Source: Gnetum montanum (Eukaryota; Plantae; Gnetophyta). Taken from it: DNA of 64,000 nt. Below, piece by piece: positions 50,873-64,000 of this stretch. The notes beneath the pieces were generated by a model. That model was not told the DNA's origin. It saw only the letters and a program-made list of their open reading frames with translations, and made no database searches. Numbering within the stretch: position 1 is the first letter of the stretch; every line of letters starts with the position of its first letter. The stretch spans positions 1 through 64,000 of the forward strand of contig MNCI01002654.1 in the NCBI GenBank assembly GCA_015680685.1, written 5' to 3'. The position numbers were made by a program, and so were the translations under genes.

Positions 50873-53014
50873 ATCATTCTTGTGACCACTTAAATAAAAT
50901 CTTATAATACAACATTTAGTTAGGCTGTTAAGGTTACTTCCATAAATTTGGTAAAAAAATTTATTGTTATTTTTTTAACTTGATGATAAGTTTTTAGTCA
51001 ATTTTCGGGGTACGATGAACATTCAACAAGCTTATTTCAACTATTTACAATATTGCAAATCTAACATGAAAAAAATGAAAGAAGTATTTCAAATGATCTT
51101 TGATCTTTCATAAGTTTTTGATTTTTCTTGACATTTAATTATGCCTTCCTTTGCTTCCTATTTTTTTTGGATGAATTCCACATTTTCTTGTAGTCATTAA
51201 ATTTGAAATTGCATTTATGACTTTTTCACAAACTAAGTTACATAAATAATGCACTATTTTGGAAAATTCTTGTTTGAGTCTTACATGGCTTCAACCTTTA
51301 CTTGGATACCAATTGTTGGTGTTTGATGGATGAATCTGTTTTATGAAAATTCTAAAAATCTATTAAAATATAATAAAGAAAATAAAAAATTTATTTAATA
51401 AAGCTATAATATTACATCATGAGTCATGGCCTTTCACCATAAGTCATGGTATTTGAAAATAAACAAATTTTGATTACTGTGAATACCACAAATTGACCAT
51501 GGATCATTGTACTTTACTAAGAGCTAACCATGGGTTTTTTTGCTTTACCACAAGTTAATCAAGAGTTGTGGTATAGTCACCATGACCTAACTATAGGTCA
51601 CACTGAAAAATCATAAGTTTAGGTCAAATTCGAAAGGTCATATCTTTCTCATTATTTGGATTTTGGAGGTGATCTTAGACTCATTGGAAATATTTATCTA
51701 TTTACATAATTTTATATTAATTAGATATTATTTAGTTATTTATATTTATTTTAAATAATTATTATTGAGAACTATCTTATTTTGTTAGAATGCTTCACAA
51801 TGAGTCTTGGAATAATCCACAAGTCAAGGTGGGTTGTGGCCACTCTTTTATGATGAAATTTATAAGTACAAGTGGTGATGATTTCATTGTTTTATTTTTT
51901 GAATAACATGAGCTAACCATGAGTCATGGTCTACTTTACCTTGAGTTGTGATTAGGTCATGGAATTGCAGAAAAATTTAATTTTGAAGGATTCTGAAGTT
52001 GAATTTGAATGGAACTTGATTCATTTGAGTTACCTTGAGTTACTAAAGAACCTAAGATGTTGAATTGATATGAATAAAATAATTTTATGGGTGTATTTGA
52101 TTGATCCCACTTTAATTACCATTAATCTTTTAAACTGAAGGTAGAACATGTACTATAATGAATTTTCTAATAATACTTTAACAAAATTATTAATAACAAT
52201 GAACTGGTGATGGGATAAATTTGGAAATTATTGAAGTATGAAATGGTAACTTTTGTTAATTATTGGATGATAAATAAATGTAATGAATGAGATGTTGATA
52301 ATTAAAAATAGATAAAATGATGATAATTGATGTAGTGATGATGGAATATGGAATGTGGATTAATCAAAAAATTTTGTAATTTAATCTTTCTTATTACTCA
52401 AGCATCCATACAATCATATTTTGTCCACATATTTATAGCCAAGTACTGTGGCGATACTAATATATGATGGGATAAAACTATTTTCCTGGAAATTGGATAG
52501 GAAAATGAAGGAACATGAGAGATTGATGTCATTATTTAGTTATATCTGTCCATCAATCTTTTAATGAAAGAAAAATATATGGAATTTTTTACCTTGTCCT
52601 ATGTGACATATGAATCCAAATATAATTTTCATGGGTTTGGTCCCTAGTTTATCTAAGAGTTGATTTTTCTTTGCTCAAATTTTTCTTTTCTTCAAATTTA
52701 AATTTTGACTTTATGCATTTACTTGATTTAATTGCACTTCCATATATAAATATTTCCTTCAATAACCTAGAACTTAGGCTTACTAAATTTATTTCTTTAT
52801 CTTGTTTTTAATTTTTAACATAGGTAAGTTAGGTGAGTGGATTATGAGTGTCCAAAGTGCATGATAGAACAAAAAAATTAGCCTTACCCATGTCTCATAG
52901 TACAATGAGACTAACTAATACTAATATAGTACTAATAGGAGTCCAACCATTTTTGGAACAATATGATTTATCATACAAATTGTAGTGTAATTTAGTTATA
53001 AGGTTCAAACATGA

Positions 53015-56000
53015 TGTTGAGTGGATTACCAAGAACACTCATATATATCATTGACTTCAGGAAGTATAAAAGAGATTATAATACATATAATAGAAATGAA
53101 ACCCATATTACTATAGTGAGAGATGGAGAAAATATTTATAATTTTATGTTTTATAATTTTTATGGATTTTATGCTTATGAGAAATAAAATGATAATAAAC
53201 ATATATGCATCGCAATCCGTCTTGAGGATAGGTACAATACCACAAAAAATGTAATAAAATGTCTCTTAGTTACAACCTTGATGGCCTAACATCATATCAT
53301 ATAGTTATGACCTCCTTAGATATGGAACGAATCATCGTAGTTTAATCAAACAAAAATTAAATAAATATTTTTATTTTTCTTAATGTTTAAGGCATCAATG
53401 GTAGAATAAGGAAAAACTATGAGCTTTATTCATTGTGAAAACACTAAACTCTACATTAACCAAATGATTCTAAACTATGTAAGCAAGGTAGCACTTTAAC
53501 AAAGTCTAGTTGTACTTGTAAAAGCAATGACTCAAAACACATAAGATAAGAAAGAAAATGAACTTACTCAAAAGCAAATCTTTTCATGTAAGTTGGATTT
53601 TAAAAGCTAAATAGAAATGCTATAAATGAATTGTCTTATGGGAGACCTTATCTAGGGTATTTATAGTTTTCACAAAATAATGGTAGAGGTTTATTAGCAC
53701 CTAGGCAGAAACAAAGGTCCATTAGCATAACCTAGGCAACCTAGAAACATACTAGAGATAATTTGAGAGAAAAGGGAACAAAGAAAGCTTGCTAGAAGGG
53801 TGTATAAGTGCCCATATGCTAATGTAGGGGGTATGCTAATGTAGGGTAGTTAGTGCATCCCCTCCTAGCACACTTGGATTACTAAGTTTAGATGAGAGCT
53901 AGAACACCAAGGAACATGTTAGAAGATTTCTAGAATACTCGAATAAAGCCAGAGACATTCCAAGAAGCTTAAAAGATGAACCAAACCTAAAATTATGATA
54001 GGGGAGGCTAGGAAACAAACGTAGGAGGTAGAATTAGTAACCATATACTAAAAATCATAAATATAGGATGAAAAATATTTCCCAAGTTCATGGCTTATAG
54101 TCAACTTACAAAATATCATTGGGCACCTCATCATTCCTTCATGACTAAGTAAAGCTAGTCTTATAGTTCTAATACCCAAGACATAAAGCTGGGACTAAAC
54201 ACATTTCATGATCAATGTAAAGAAGGATAATTGTACAAATATAAGGACCATGACTATGATACAATACAAGATAACTCATTGAGAAGTACCAAGGGGTGAT
54301 GGCTAAGAGAAGAAGCATCCTAACATACCTACTTGATATGGAAAGAAGCCTGAAGAGCTTGGTGCAAACATGTAAAATTTTTTAAGTTGTGTCTCAAGGT
54401 CCATTACCCTTTCTTAGAGTTATTGATTTTATTCATGCATTAGTCACTACTATCACAAAAGTGCTTGACATTATTCCTCAACATCCACCTAGAATTGCTT
54501 GCAAATTTTCCTAATGAACAATAGCTTATGCTATTCCATTTCTAACTTGACCACTCCTCAATGAATTTTCTCCTCTATATTTATGTACAATCAATCTATA
54601 GAAGTCTAAATCACATAAGGAGAACTCCTCTATTCTTCTTGGACATCCTCTTTTACCTCCTTGAGTCTCCTCCCAAGAACTATGATAGTTGCTTCATGGT
54701 GAAGGATGTACATATTCTCCAATAAATCCATCTTCTCCTATAGTGTTAGCGTACTTGGGATCATTTTTTGGAGTTTGGCATGTAAGATGTTGAATTTTTC
54801 CTTCAACTGATGCCTCTTCCTAGTTAGTCATTCATTAAGTAGAGCTATAAGTTTGTGTAGTCTATGTAGCTTGACATCCTAGGTTTCTTGCTCAATTAGA
54901 TGAATCTTTCCTAGTTCATCAATTTCCCTAGTAGTCTTATCTACCAGCTTCTATTATGAGTTTTAATTCTCATTTTCTATACAAAGGCATTTATCATAAA
55001 ATTGAGCCATGATTTGGCTCTCATTCTCTAGCCTTTGTATCTACTAGAAAATGAGAGTACTTTCTTATCTTTTTCTTGGCTCATCCTTTCCCACTTTTAA
55101 GACTAATGTTTTAGAATTTTGATTTGCTACTCTAAGTCATCCTTCATATACAAGGCTTTTGTACTAACCTATCATGCCTAAAATAACTCAACTTGTAGGT
55201 GTTCAATTGGTATCTCTAGAGTGATTGTGGAAGATGCTAGTACCAATGGTGTAATATGTTCCAATTACTCCTACAATTGTTGTATCTCTATTTGATTTCT
55301 TCACAGCTTAGAAAGTTCTATCAATATCTAAAATTTCTAACTTGGCATGTACCTTAATTAGTTTATTTTCCACCATACTGTCAATGTTTCTTAACAACAA
55401 CTTAGAGGTTGGATCGATCCTTTTCTCTTCTTCTAACCAGCCACTAGTCGCAAATTAATTAGTAGATACTTGAAAGAATTTTGTTAAATGTTAGAAATTA
55501 TGCATGCTATGACTTGATTGATGTGAAGAGGAAATTTCTCATAAAGGAACATGAGTTCCTAACTAAATAGTGGCATCATGAGTGACCATGGGTGGATCAT
55601 CCAGCAAGAAAGAAGAAAACTGAAATAGATCTTTCTTTATAGTCCCACCACCGACAATGGATCTCATCATGTATAATAAGTTCCTATCAAGGTCTAATGA
55701 ATTCCTAATATGAATTATGGCAGCCTACCCCTCACCTTAAACATTCATAATAGGTCAAAATTACCACTAAGAAGAGGTTCTTGGATTTCTTGATGCTCAA
55801 ACTAAGAGGTCGGAAGATGAATTTGCTAAGCAATTGCACATGTGTATGTTGAGAAGCTAAAGTCATGAATGGTGCTCTTGTTTGCTGTTGATAGAGCTTA
55901 TCTAAAGCACATATGTAGAATAATTTATAGAAGGTATCTCATCCTTTAAAATAGGTATAGTCATAGTGATTCTTGGATGTTGCCTTAGGATCACCATTAT

Positions 56001-56889
56001 TATGTTCTTCTAGTTTGTCATTCCAAAAATTATGAGATGTCTTCTCACATGATTTACTATTCCTAGTAATTCATAGAGTTTTCTAATTAACCTTGGGAAG
56101 GCATAGACCTCCCTGTCATATCAGGATGCATCTCTAATCTTCTGGATTAAGTTCTTATAGAAAAAATAGAGGATATTAATGGCACAATTTCCCCTTCTCA
56201 TTGTCACAATCTTGACACCCCAAGTAGAGATACCTAATGGTCATTTGGTGAATAATAAATTGTGCATGACAATCTTGTACATAGTATAATGAATATGAGA
56301 ACTTTAGACATCTTCACCTCTACTTTTTTTATGTTAAAGACCTCAAGAAGAACTTTTGACTTGAGCTTAGACTCAATATTTTATTGGCCAACTCATTTGG
56401 AAATCCTATGAATTTGAAGATTGTCCATGTCAAAATAGCTATAGGATTCCCTCCAAAAAACATCATGGTACCATTTTCTATAAGGTTTTGATAGAACTCT
56501 TCTACCTCATATTAGTACAAGATAAAGGATTGCATGATATACTCATAAGACCTATCTTCTATAGTGACTCGCTGAGCTTAGAATAAGTGAGCTTAAGGAA
56601 CTAATGATAGTTTTTCTCTTGATGGATTAGTCACTGTCAAAACTCATGTGCACACACACCATCTTGGATATCATCTAGCTTATCATCATTGTTGAAACAC
56701 CACCAATAAAATTCATGTTGTAACCTTTTCGCATTGTAAATTTTACCCCATGAAACCCAAGGCTAAAAATACATTGTAAAATGTGAATATTGCAATCCAA
56801 GAGATGTAATTTCACATACTTTAGCTTTTGGGGCTAAAAAATGCCTCATAAGTGGTCAAACCCTTAACTTCCAATTAAAAAAAGTCATT
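53015..56889 (-). mobile_element. Old Athila-like relic: degraded env-like/Transposase_32-like ORF (~54400-56600) and 3' LTR (~53015-54133)
   Basis: Minus-strand EEFYQNL (~56490) and AFPRLIRKLY (~56090). LTR start TGATGAGG at 54133, with flank similar to the copy-2 PPT flank. Minus-strand TATA at ~53660. Confidence 0.55.
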
Positions 56890-56997
56890 NNNNNNNNNNN
56901 NNNNNNNNNNNNNNNNNNNNNNNNNNNNNNNNNNNNNNNNNNNNNNNNNNNNNNNNNNNNNNNNNNNNNNNNNNNNNNNNNNNNNNNNNNNNNNNNN
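56890..56997. other. Assembly gap (N run)
   Basis: Ns. Confidence 0.99.
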
Positions 56998-58999
56998 GGG
57001 GTGGTGTGGGGTGGTGTTTATAACTATTACTTCCCAACATTGCTACTACACCCCCAACGTTGCTCTAATTGCTCAAGCATGGCCCTAGCACCTCATCATT
57101 GCTCCATCCTCAACATGGGTGTTATACCCCAACATGGATGTCATACCCCCAGCGTGGGTCTTATACCCCTAGTATGGATTTTGCAAGCCCAACATTACTA
57201 ATGAAAGACCCAATGTGGGTGGAAGAAGCCAACATCGGTAAAATTATTATTTACTATTTTTAGTAAATGGAATGGTTTAGGTACCTTGGGGATATCAAAA
57301 CTTATCATACATTGAAACCATGCTAGATTTAGATACTTGTAACACTTGTATGTGACAACAATTTGTTAGTAATTAGGCAAAAATTTGCAACCAAATTTAT
57401 GGTCAAATACCTATAAAAACCAAGCTCCAACACCATAGAAAGGTTTCCAAGTTTTGCAACTTGTTCCCAACTTTTGAAAGTATCACATTTTTTATTATTT
57501 GTAGCATTTTGCATTCAAGAGCTTTGAGAATTCATTGTGAATATAAGGCTTTTGGAGTAATCTTAGCATCGGACCTATAACCACTATCCCCACTATTATA
57601 CCCCACTAAGATTGTGTGTGGTTCTATACCAACACTAAGCAACATAAGCATTGAGACTCAAAGTGTGGCTCTTCTTGATAGTCCAAATCCCCCACACATC
57701 TTACCTCCCATGCACCACCAATGTTGTAGATCTTGTGATAAGTGCAACAAGGTTTGATAGTATTGATAATTATGGAGCCTATAGATCATGGAGCTAACTA
57801 TGGCATCCAAAGCCACTAGTTTCAATAGATTCCAAACCATCAGTGAAGTGAACCCCCTTTTACTTCCTTAGACACACTTGTACATAGTTTGAACTATCTT
57901 TCTTTTATTAGAATAAAGTTTACAGTTCCAATTGTTGTGCAAGATAGCTAGATTTGATTTATTTTGTGCATATATTTCTAGATCTATATTACAATTTCAT
58001 TTTATTACCCTTGTTGACACTCTATAAGTCCCTAGGTGATCATTAAGATCATCTAGGGTACATCAAATCCTATTTTTCAGAGGCCCTTGGGGTCTAGGGT
58101 TAAAACTAGCTTGGTCAAGATTGTCAATTTTTCTAGCACTGAATTTTCTATTTGGTATAGTTTTCTAGCATTAGAAGGAGGACATTTTCTCATGTTCTAC
58201 ATCCAATCCTATTAACTATGTAACAACATTATCTATGATCCAAAATCTTAAAACCATTAAAGAATTTTTTCAAAATTTTCCAACACCTTTTTCTACTACT
58301 AAACTAACACTACCACCCATACCCCATGCCACTAAAACCAAGTGTTGAGGTTGTAGGTAATTTATGCTTTTGGAAATTTTCATAGTAGTTTTTGGTAATT
58401 CCAAAGCCAACATGGGTTTTCAACCAAATTCTTACCCTCCTATTCTATGAAAAAGTTTCAGCCAAGCCAACATTAGCACCTTGCTAGAACCGAAACCTTT
58501 GAAAAATTAAGATTCTACCAAAAAGTAAAACCTCCAATGCTATAAAGAAAGGTGTGAGATTTTTCATCTTACCCCCCTACTTCCTTCCTTTTCACCTTTA
58601 GCATGGGTAAGGCTAGCAAGCCTAGTGTGGTGGGGGTTTAACACTAAATTATTGCTTTTTCTCAAGTAAAAGGATACAACCCTTTTGACTATCACCTACA
58701 CTATGAAACCTACAACCTTTCATAGCCATACCCCTTTTAGCACTCTAAAAATTTCATTTGTTGGACTTTTTACTCTTTTTATTAATTAAACATTTTATTT
58801 AGCCAAGCTTCAACATTATTAACATATCATTTTAACAATCAACCATCTTATCATTTAACTTCACTAACACTAGAGTTAGCTAATAGGCCATAAGAGTGTA
58901 TGACCCCAAGTACCCTACTGTGGCTAAATGTAGGAAATTCTTAAGGCTTAGGGGGAAAAACCATAAATTTTTGGTCATAAAAGAAGATCATAACAACTT

Positions 59000-61900
59000 T
59001 GTTTGTATAGGATTCAAGTTAGCATGTTGATTCCAAGGATGGATGCAGAAGCTAGAAAGGAGTACGAGCTTATATATTGTGCTGGGAAGGAATACATTAC
59101 TTCCCCATATGACAAGATATTTCTCATAGAAACATAGGATTGCATCCTATCTTAATTAATTGAGATGGATGAGGAGGATGGAAAGGCTAGCTCAAATGAG
59201 CAGCATGAGGAAGAGGATAAGTTTAGGACTAAGTCAAAACATGAAAACCTCATAAAGGAGCTCTTTTAATAATCACACCCCAAGGCCATAGTCCCTACAT
59301 CAACCCCCCTCATCTCTTCCATAGGATAGATTCCCCAATCCTCAGCCCCTACCTACCTTATCATGTTTGGGCCAACACCCATTATCGTAGTGCACCAAAC
59401 AAAATTGGTACCATAGTCTACAACGGTTCATTTTTCCATGTCTTTCACCACATAACCATGGTCTTTGTGGCCGTCCTTGGTGGTTTTGACTAACACTAAT
59501 TCTATTTCCACCCAGATGGGTTCCACTATGGGACCTTAGGTGACCCAAGGATTACATACCCCTTCATACCCTTTGTGCCCAAAATACTGGCACAAATCTC
59601 ATTTTCTATGTTTAGCCCACCTACTACAATGATGAACAAACCTCTTCCCTAAGTGTTGCAACCTATTGCGAGGTCACAAGCTTCCCTACTTACACCACAA
59701 CCTTTCATGCAAACCCCACAATCGATAGAGGCACCCCAAGGACTAGATTAAGCTTTCTAGATGATCTAGGACCTAACTGAAGAGTTAAAGAGGCTCAAGG
59801 ATTCTACATCCAAGACCATAAAGATTATGAAATTTTATTAGAATGATTTCATTAGTCTTATGGTTCCACCACTAACTCCTTTCCTTGGTGTCCCCATACC
59901 ACAGTTTACTCAATACAATGATGAAGGTGACCCTAACTCCCATCTTATAACCTTTAACTCTGAGTGCTTATTACTGTAAGCTTGGCTCCACACCGTAATG
60001 AGAATATTCCATATGTCCCTTATGGGAAAGGTCCTTAATTGCTATCATGCCTTTTTAAGAAGATCCATATCTGACCTAATTACACAATTTGTTAACTATT
60101 TTAAGTATAACTTGAAATCTAATACCACCCTTGACTAGCTAATGAAGGTCAAGCAAGGACCCTTTGAGCTAGTGCAAAAGTTCATCCAATGATGGAATGA
60201 TGGAATGGTTTTATTAACAAGATCTTAGGAGTAATAGTTGAAACTTAGTTGTTGGCTATTTTCAAGGGGACAATTAACGAATTCATCAACTCAAAATTCT
60301 ATTACCTTGATGCACGATCACTCAGTTAGGCCTTTTCCCAAATCAATGACATAGAGGATTCCATGGAACCCAGCCATGACCCAACGTACGTGGCATACAA
60401 AAACAAACATGCATGAAAGGAAAATGAGAGGAAAAGAAAAAACAACATGATGATGGCCATTGTAACATAATAAAATAAAAGAACCACCTAGGGGTTGAGA
60501 ACCAACCCAACGAAAAGTCCCTACTAACAATAATAACAACCAACCTTCAATGTCTGGGGCCTCTGCATTGACTACTTTAAGGTCCAAATTTTAGTGAAAA
60601 GATCAGAAAAAATACACTAGGTTATCCTTGAAGGTATCAGAACTCTTAGATCAACTATTGAAGAGTGGGAGGATACAATATATGTAGATGATTAAAAATT
60701 CTTGAAAGAGGCATGAGAGGCTATGTGAGATAGTTGAAGACCTCACTTGAGCAACCAAAGATGACCCTCTAGTTAGTTGTTAGGTCATGAAATTGACTTT
60801 TTCCTTACATTAAAATATGACCTACAAAAAATGATAGATAGTGGTGAGCTGGTGTTTAATGTTTCTAACCTAGTTAAGCCTCAAAACCATTTGATGCATG
60901 TATATAAAGAGCCATTGAATGCCAATAAAAGCCCATATACCATAGTATCATTCAATGTTAATAATGACCCAAGGCTTGCAAGGGAACCATTTGTGATTTA
61001 GGTACCTTCTCACAATGAAAGGGGTACTTCAACTTCTACTAGTCTAAGGCCCCACTTTTTTGTAAAGATATGATCACCAATTCCCCCAAAAGAGCCTTTT
61101 GTAATTAAAGTATCTCCCCCTGTCATTACAACCAAGTTCACCTGCACAACATAACAATGACTCCTCGTGGTGGCCAATGCAGTGACCTCTTCCTCCCAAA
61201 CAACTAATGATAACTAGAAGGCCCCAACCAAGCAATGGAAGAAGCCTACATAAAAGCCGAAACATGAGAGTGATAAGAAAGCCAAGGCATGGAAGGAAGT
61301 GAACTTGCCAAAGCCCACTCCCATATCATCCATACCCATAATCTCTACAATTAATACTGCTTCAACTAGTAAACTATGAAAGGAGCCTAAGCCCCAAAGG
61401 AAAGGGAAAGAGGAGAAGCCACAATAAATGCGAAGTTCGTATTTTGGGGTGCATCAACAAAGCTAAAAATAACTAGGTGACAAGCCCATGTGTAATAACA
61501 AAGACTTTCTAAATTCGATGAAATAGGTCAAATAGTCACTGAAATAAAAGAAGACAACTCTTAGCATGTATGAATCTGTCATAACATCTACTGCACATTG
61601 TGAAGTGCTAGTTAAGATGTTGACCTCCATCCCCATAAGCAGGACATCCATACTAACAAAGAATTCATCCATTTGGTGATGGTACCATCTTTTTTGAGGG
61701 AATGAGAAAAATCAACATTACTATTGTTTTGCAATAGCAAAATCAAAACTGATCCCCAAAATAGCGAGGTGACCAAGGCTCCTCTCTTTATAATGATATG
61801 GGTAGGACAATACAAAGTGCATAGAGTGCATGTAGATGATGAAGATGCAAAGAATGTCATCCCCTATACTATATACAACACATATTTTCCTAAGCTTTTA

Positions 61901-62390
61901 AATCTTTCAATGGATCATGGGCTATTGTCAAGGCGTCTATCTCATTGAACTTTGTGATAGGGGAGTAATTTCCCATAACCGCTAACTTCTTGATGTTGGA
62001 GGAAATACCAAGATTCAACCTTGTCCTAGGATGACGTTGGCTACCTTAATTACGAGCTGTGTCTTTGCCCATCCATCAAGAAATTCACCTACCTTATGAG
62101 GGAGATGAAATTATCATTCATTGTGATAGTGCAGTTCCCCTAGTAGTTAATAATGTAGAAATAAAGTAGGGGTTAGAAGTGGAGTTTCAGGAAGAAACTC
62201 CTAGCCACAAAGTTAAGAAACCTGATGGAGGGGAGAAGGTCAAAAATAATAATGATGGATTAGAAGATATGTTATAGGGAGAGGTCCCCTTTGACATCAT
62301 TAGTGAAGAAGATGGGAAATATAAACTTGTACAAAACAACACATTTCCTAATATTTTGAAGATTAAGAAACATTTGCACAAGTGATGAAT
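59000..62390 (+). pseudogene. Ogre/Tat-type gag-protease relic (no RT downstream)
   Basis: PQFTQYNDEGDPNSHL; MKVKQGPFE; GHEIDFFLTLKYDLQKMIDSGELVF; VHRVHVDDEDAKNVIP; FNLVLG*RWL...PIHQEI. Confidence 0.78.
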
Positions 62391-64000
62391 GTCCTTGATC
62401 CTCCCCCTACCCTATGCACTTATTACTATATAACCATTTGCACTTATAGCGTGTTAGTCGAAATTACATTTTACTTGTTTATGTCATTTCATTTACTTTA
62501 TGTTAAGATTTAATTTGCATGTAGCCTAAGAGTTTACCTTTACTTGCATTTTTATTTATTAAAGCCTTTTCTTTATCTTTTAGCATGATAAACACACAAA
62601 AAACCTCATAAAAAATTTAAAAATAGAAAATCCTTTAAAATTTAAAATACAAAAATAGATAATAAATATATTTTATTTTGCTAGAACATATAGCCCACCA
62701 TGACCTAAAACTCACAAGAACCTATGGCTTGCCATGACCTAGAACTAGCAAAGCCTATGGCTCGCTATGGCCTTAAACTAGTAAAAAACATTTTACCTTA
62801 TTCCCTTTTCAGTCTATAGCCTTATTACCTAACCAATTCAATTTGCATTATTACATTATAACCAAGTCAGCCAATGTAGCCTTAAACCATCAATTATAAC
62901 ATGAAACTGTGTGACAACAATAAAACCATAATGCTACAATGATATAACCAAAACTAAAACTTAAAATAATTAAAGTGAGTCTACAACATAACAACCATGA
63001 CCACACAGAGTGGTGAATGTTTAAACAATACAACATGAATCGTAAACATTAAATCATCCACAACCAAAACATTGGCTAACACTAGCCATCACAAAAAACA
63101 ACATTAACATCAATAGTCATCAATAAGAAACAACTAAAAATAGATAGCTAGTGATGCTAAGGGGCATATGGAGTAGTGTTGCGATTGAAAACTTGGGTTG
63201 ATGGAAAAATCAAAAATCCTCAATGTAGTAGTTCCTCAACTCGTGAATTGCCATGGCCTTTAGGGAAAAAATGGGATTTGGGATGCCTTGCCTAATTTTG
63301 TAGATCAACTAGGGATTTACGGAATGCAAAGTGTGATGAAGAAAATGAAAAAATAATAGTAGATTTGAATAATGCACAGCTAATAAACAAATGTATTTTT
63401 TACACAAATCCCAAAACTTAAAAATTTATTAAAAAAAATAAAGAATAAGTTAGAGAAAATGTATACAAATGGTGCTTGAATGAGTAGCTAAAGGGGGGTT
63501 CACTAGTGTAGGAGTTCAAAGCCCATTGAAGTTGATGCAATCTGCTCTATGATTTGGGTGCTAAGCCACTCCTAATGCTTTCAAACATTCCTCAACTACA
63601 ATATCAGATCTGTAATGTTGGCTATGGTGGGGGTTGAGAAGTATGAAAAGTCTAAGCTAGTCAAATGCTCTACATTGGAAGTTGGGAATCCCAAAAGTGC
63701 AATGTAAATCTTGAAAATTCACAAAACCAAAGGTTGTTATGAGGCCACAAGGTCATAGGATGTTTACATTGGGTTCAAGAGGATATGCATGTGGAACCTT
63801 GTAAAAAATCTTGAGTGCTTGAGAATGCCCAAGTGTAAAACTGTGAACAATTTTGTGTGCAAAAGTGTGTGTATGCCAATGGTCTTGAATTGCAAAAAAG
63901 TGTGGAAACTAGAGAAAATTGTTGAATTGACAAAGTGTGTATAACTAAAAAAGTGTTAAACTTATAAATGATGCTTCAGGTTGGCTTTTATAGGTTCTTT

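Noticed and set aside
62400-64000. LTR-like non-coding sequence with a minus-strand TATA near 63990
   Set aside because: No termini, partner repeat or coding motif within the window to support a call.

Overview
Eukaryotic (land-plant, probably fern/lycophyte-like) repeat-rich genomic DNA with no intact host gene. From left to right: two copies of a pol-less Athila-like LTR family (1-8009 on +; 9347-15161 on -, inserted into a decayed RTEX-like LINE). Next is a DUF247 pseudogene split by a Copia element (17690-35582). The Copia contains a ~2.1-kb solo LTR, which in turn contains a hAT MITE and a Ty3 chromovirus-type LTR element with a perfect TSD (24151-33193). Inside that chromovirus lies a near-complete endogenous caulimovirid (pararetrovirus) genome in antisense: MP-CP-AP-RT-RH polyprotein, a Florendovirus-ORF2-like gene and a 35S-like promoter. 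Further right are a near full-length L1 LINE flanked by a ~3.2-3.5-kb direct duplication carrying SIRE remnants, an older Athila-like relic and an Ogre/Tat gag-protease relic. Single 'n' characters mark contig joins that create artefactual duplications. All calls come from manual translation and motif recognition; no database searches were run, and identities are estimates by eye.
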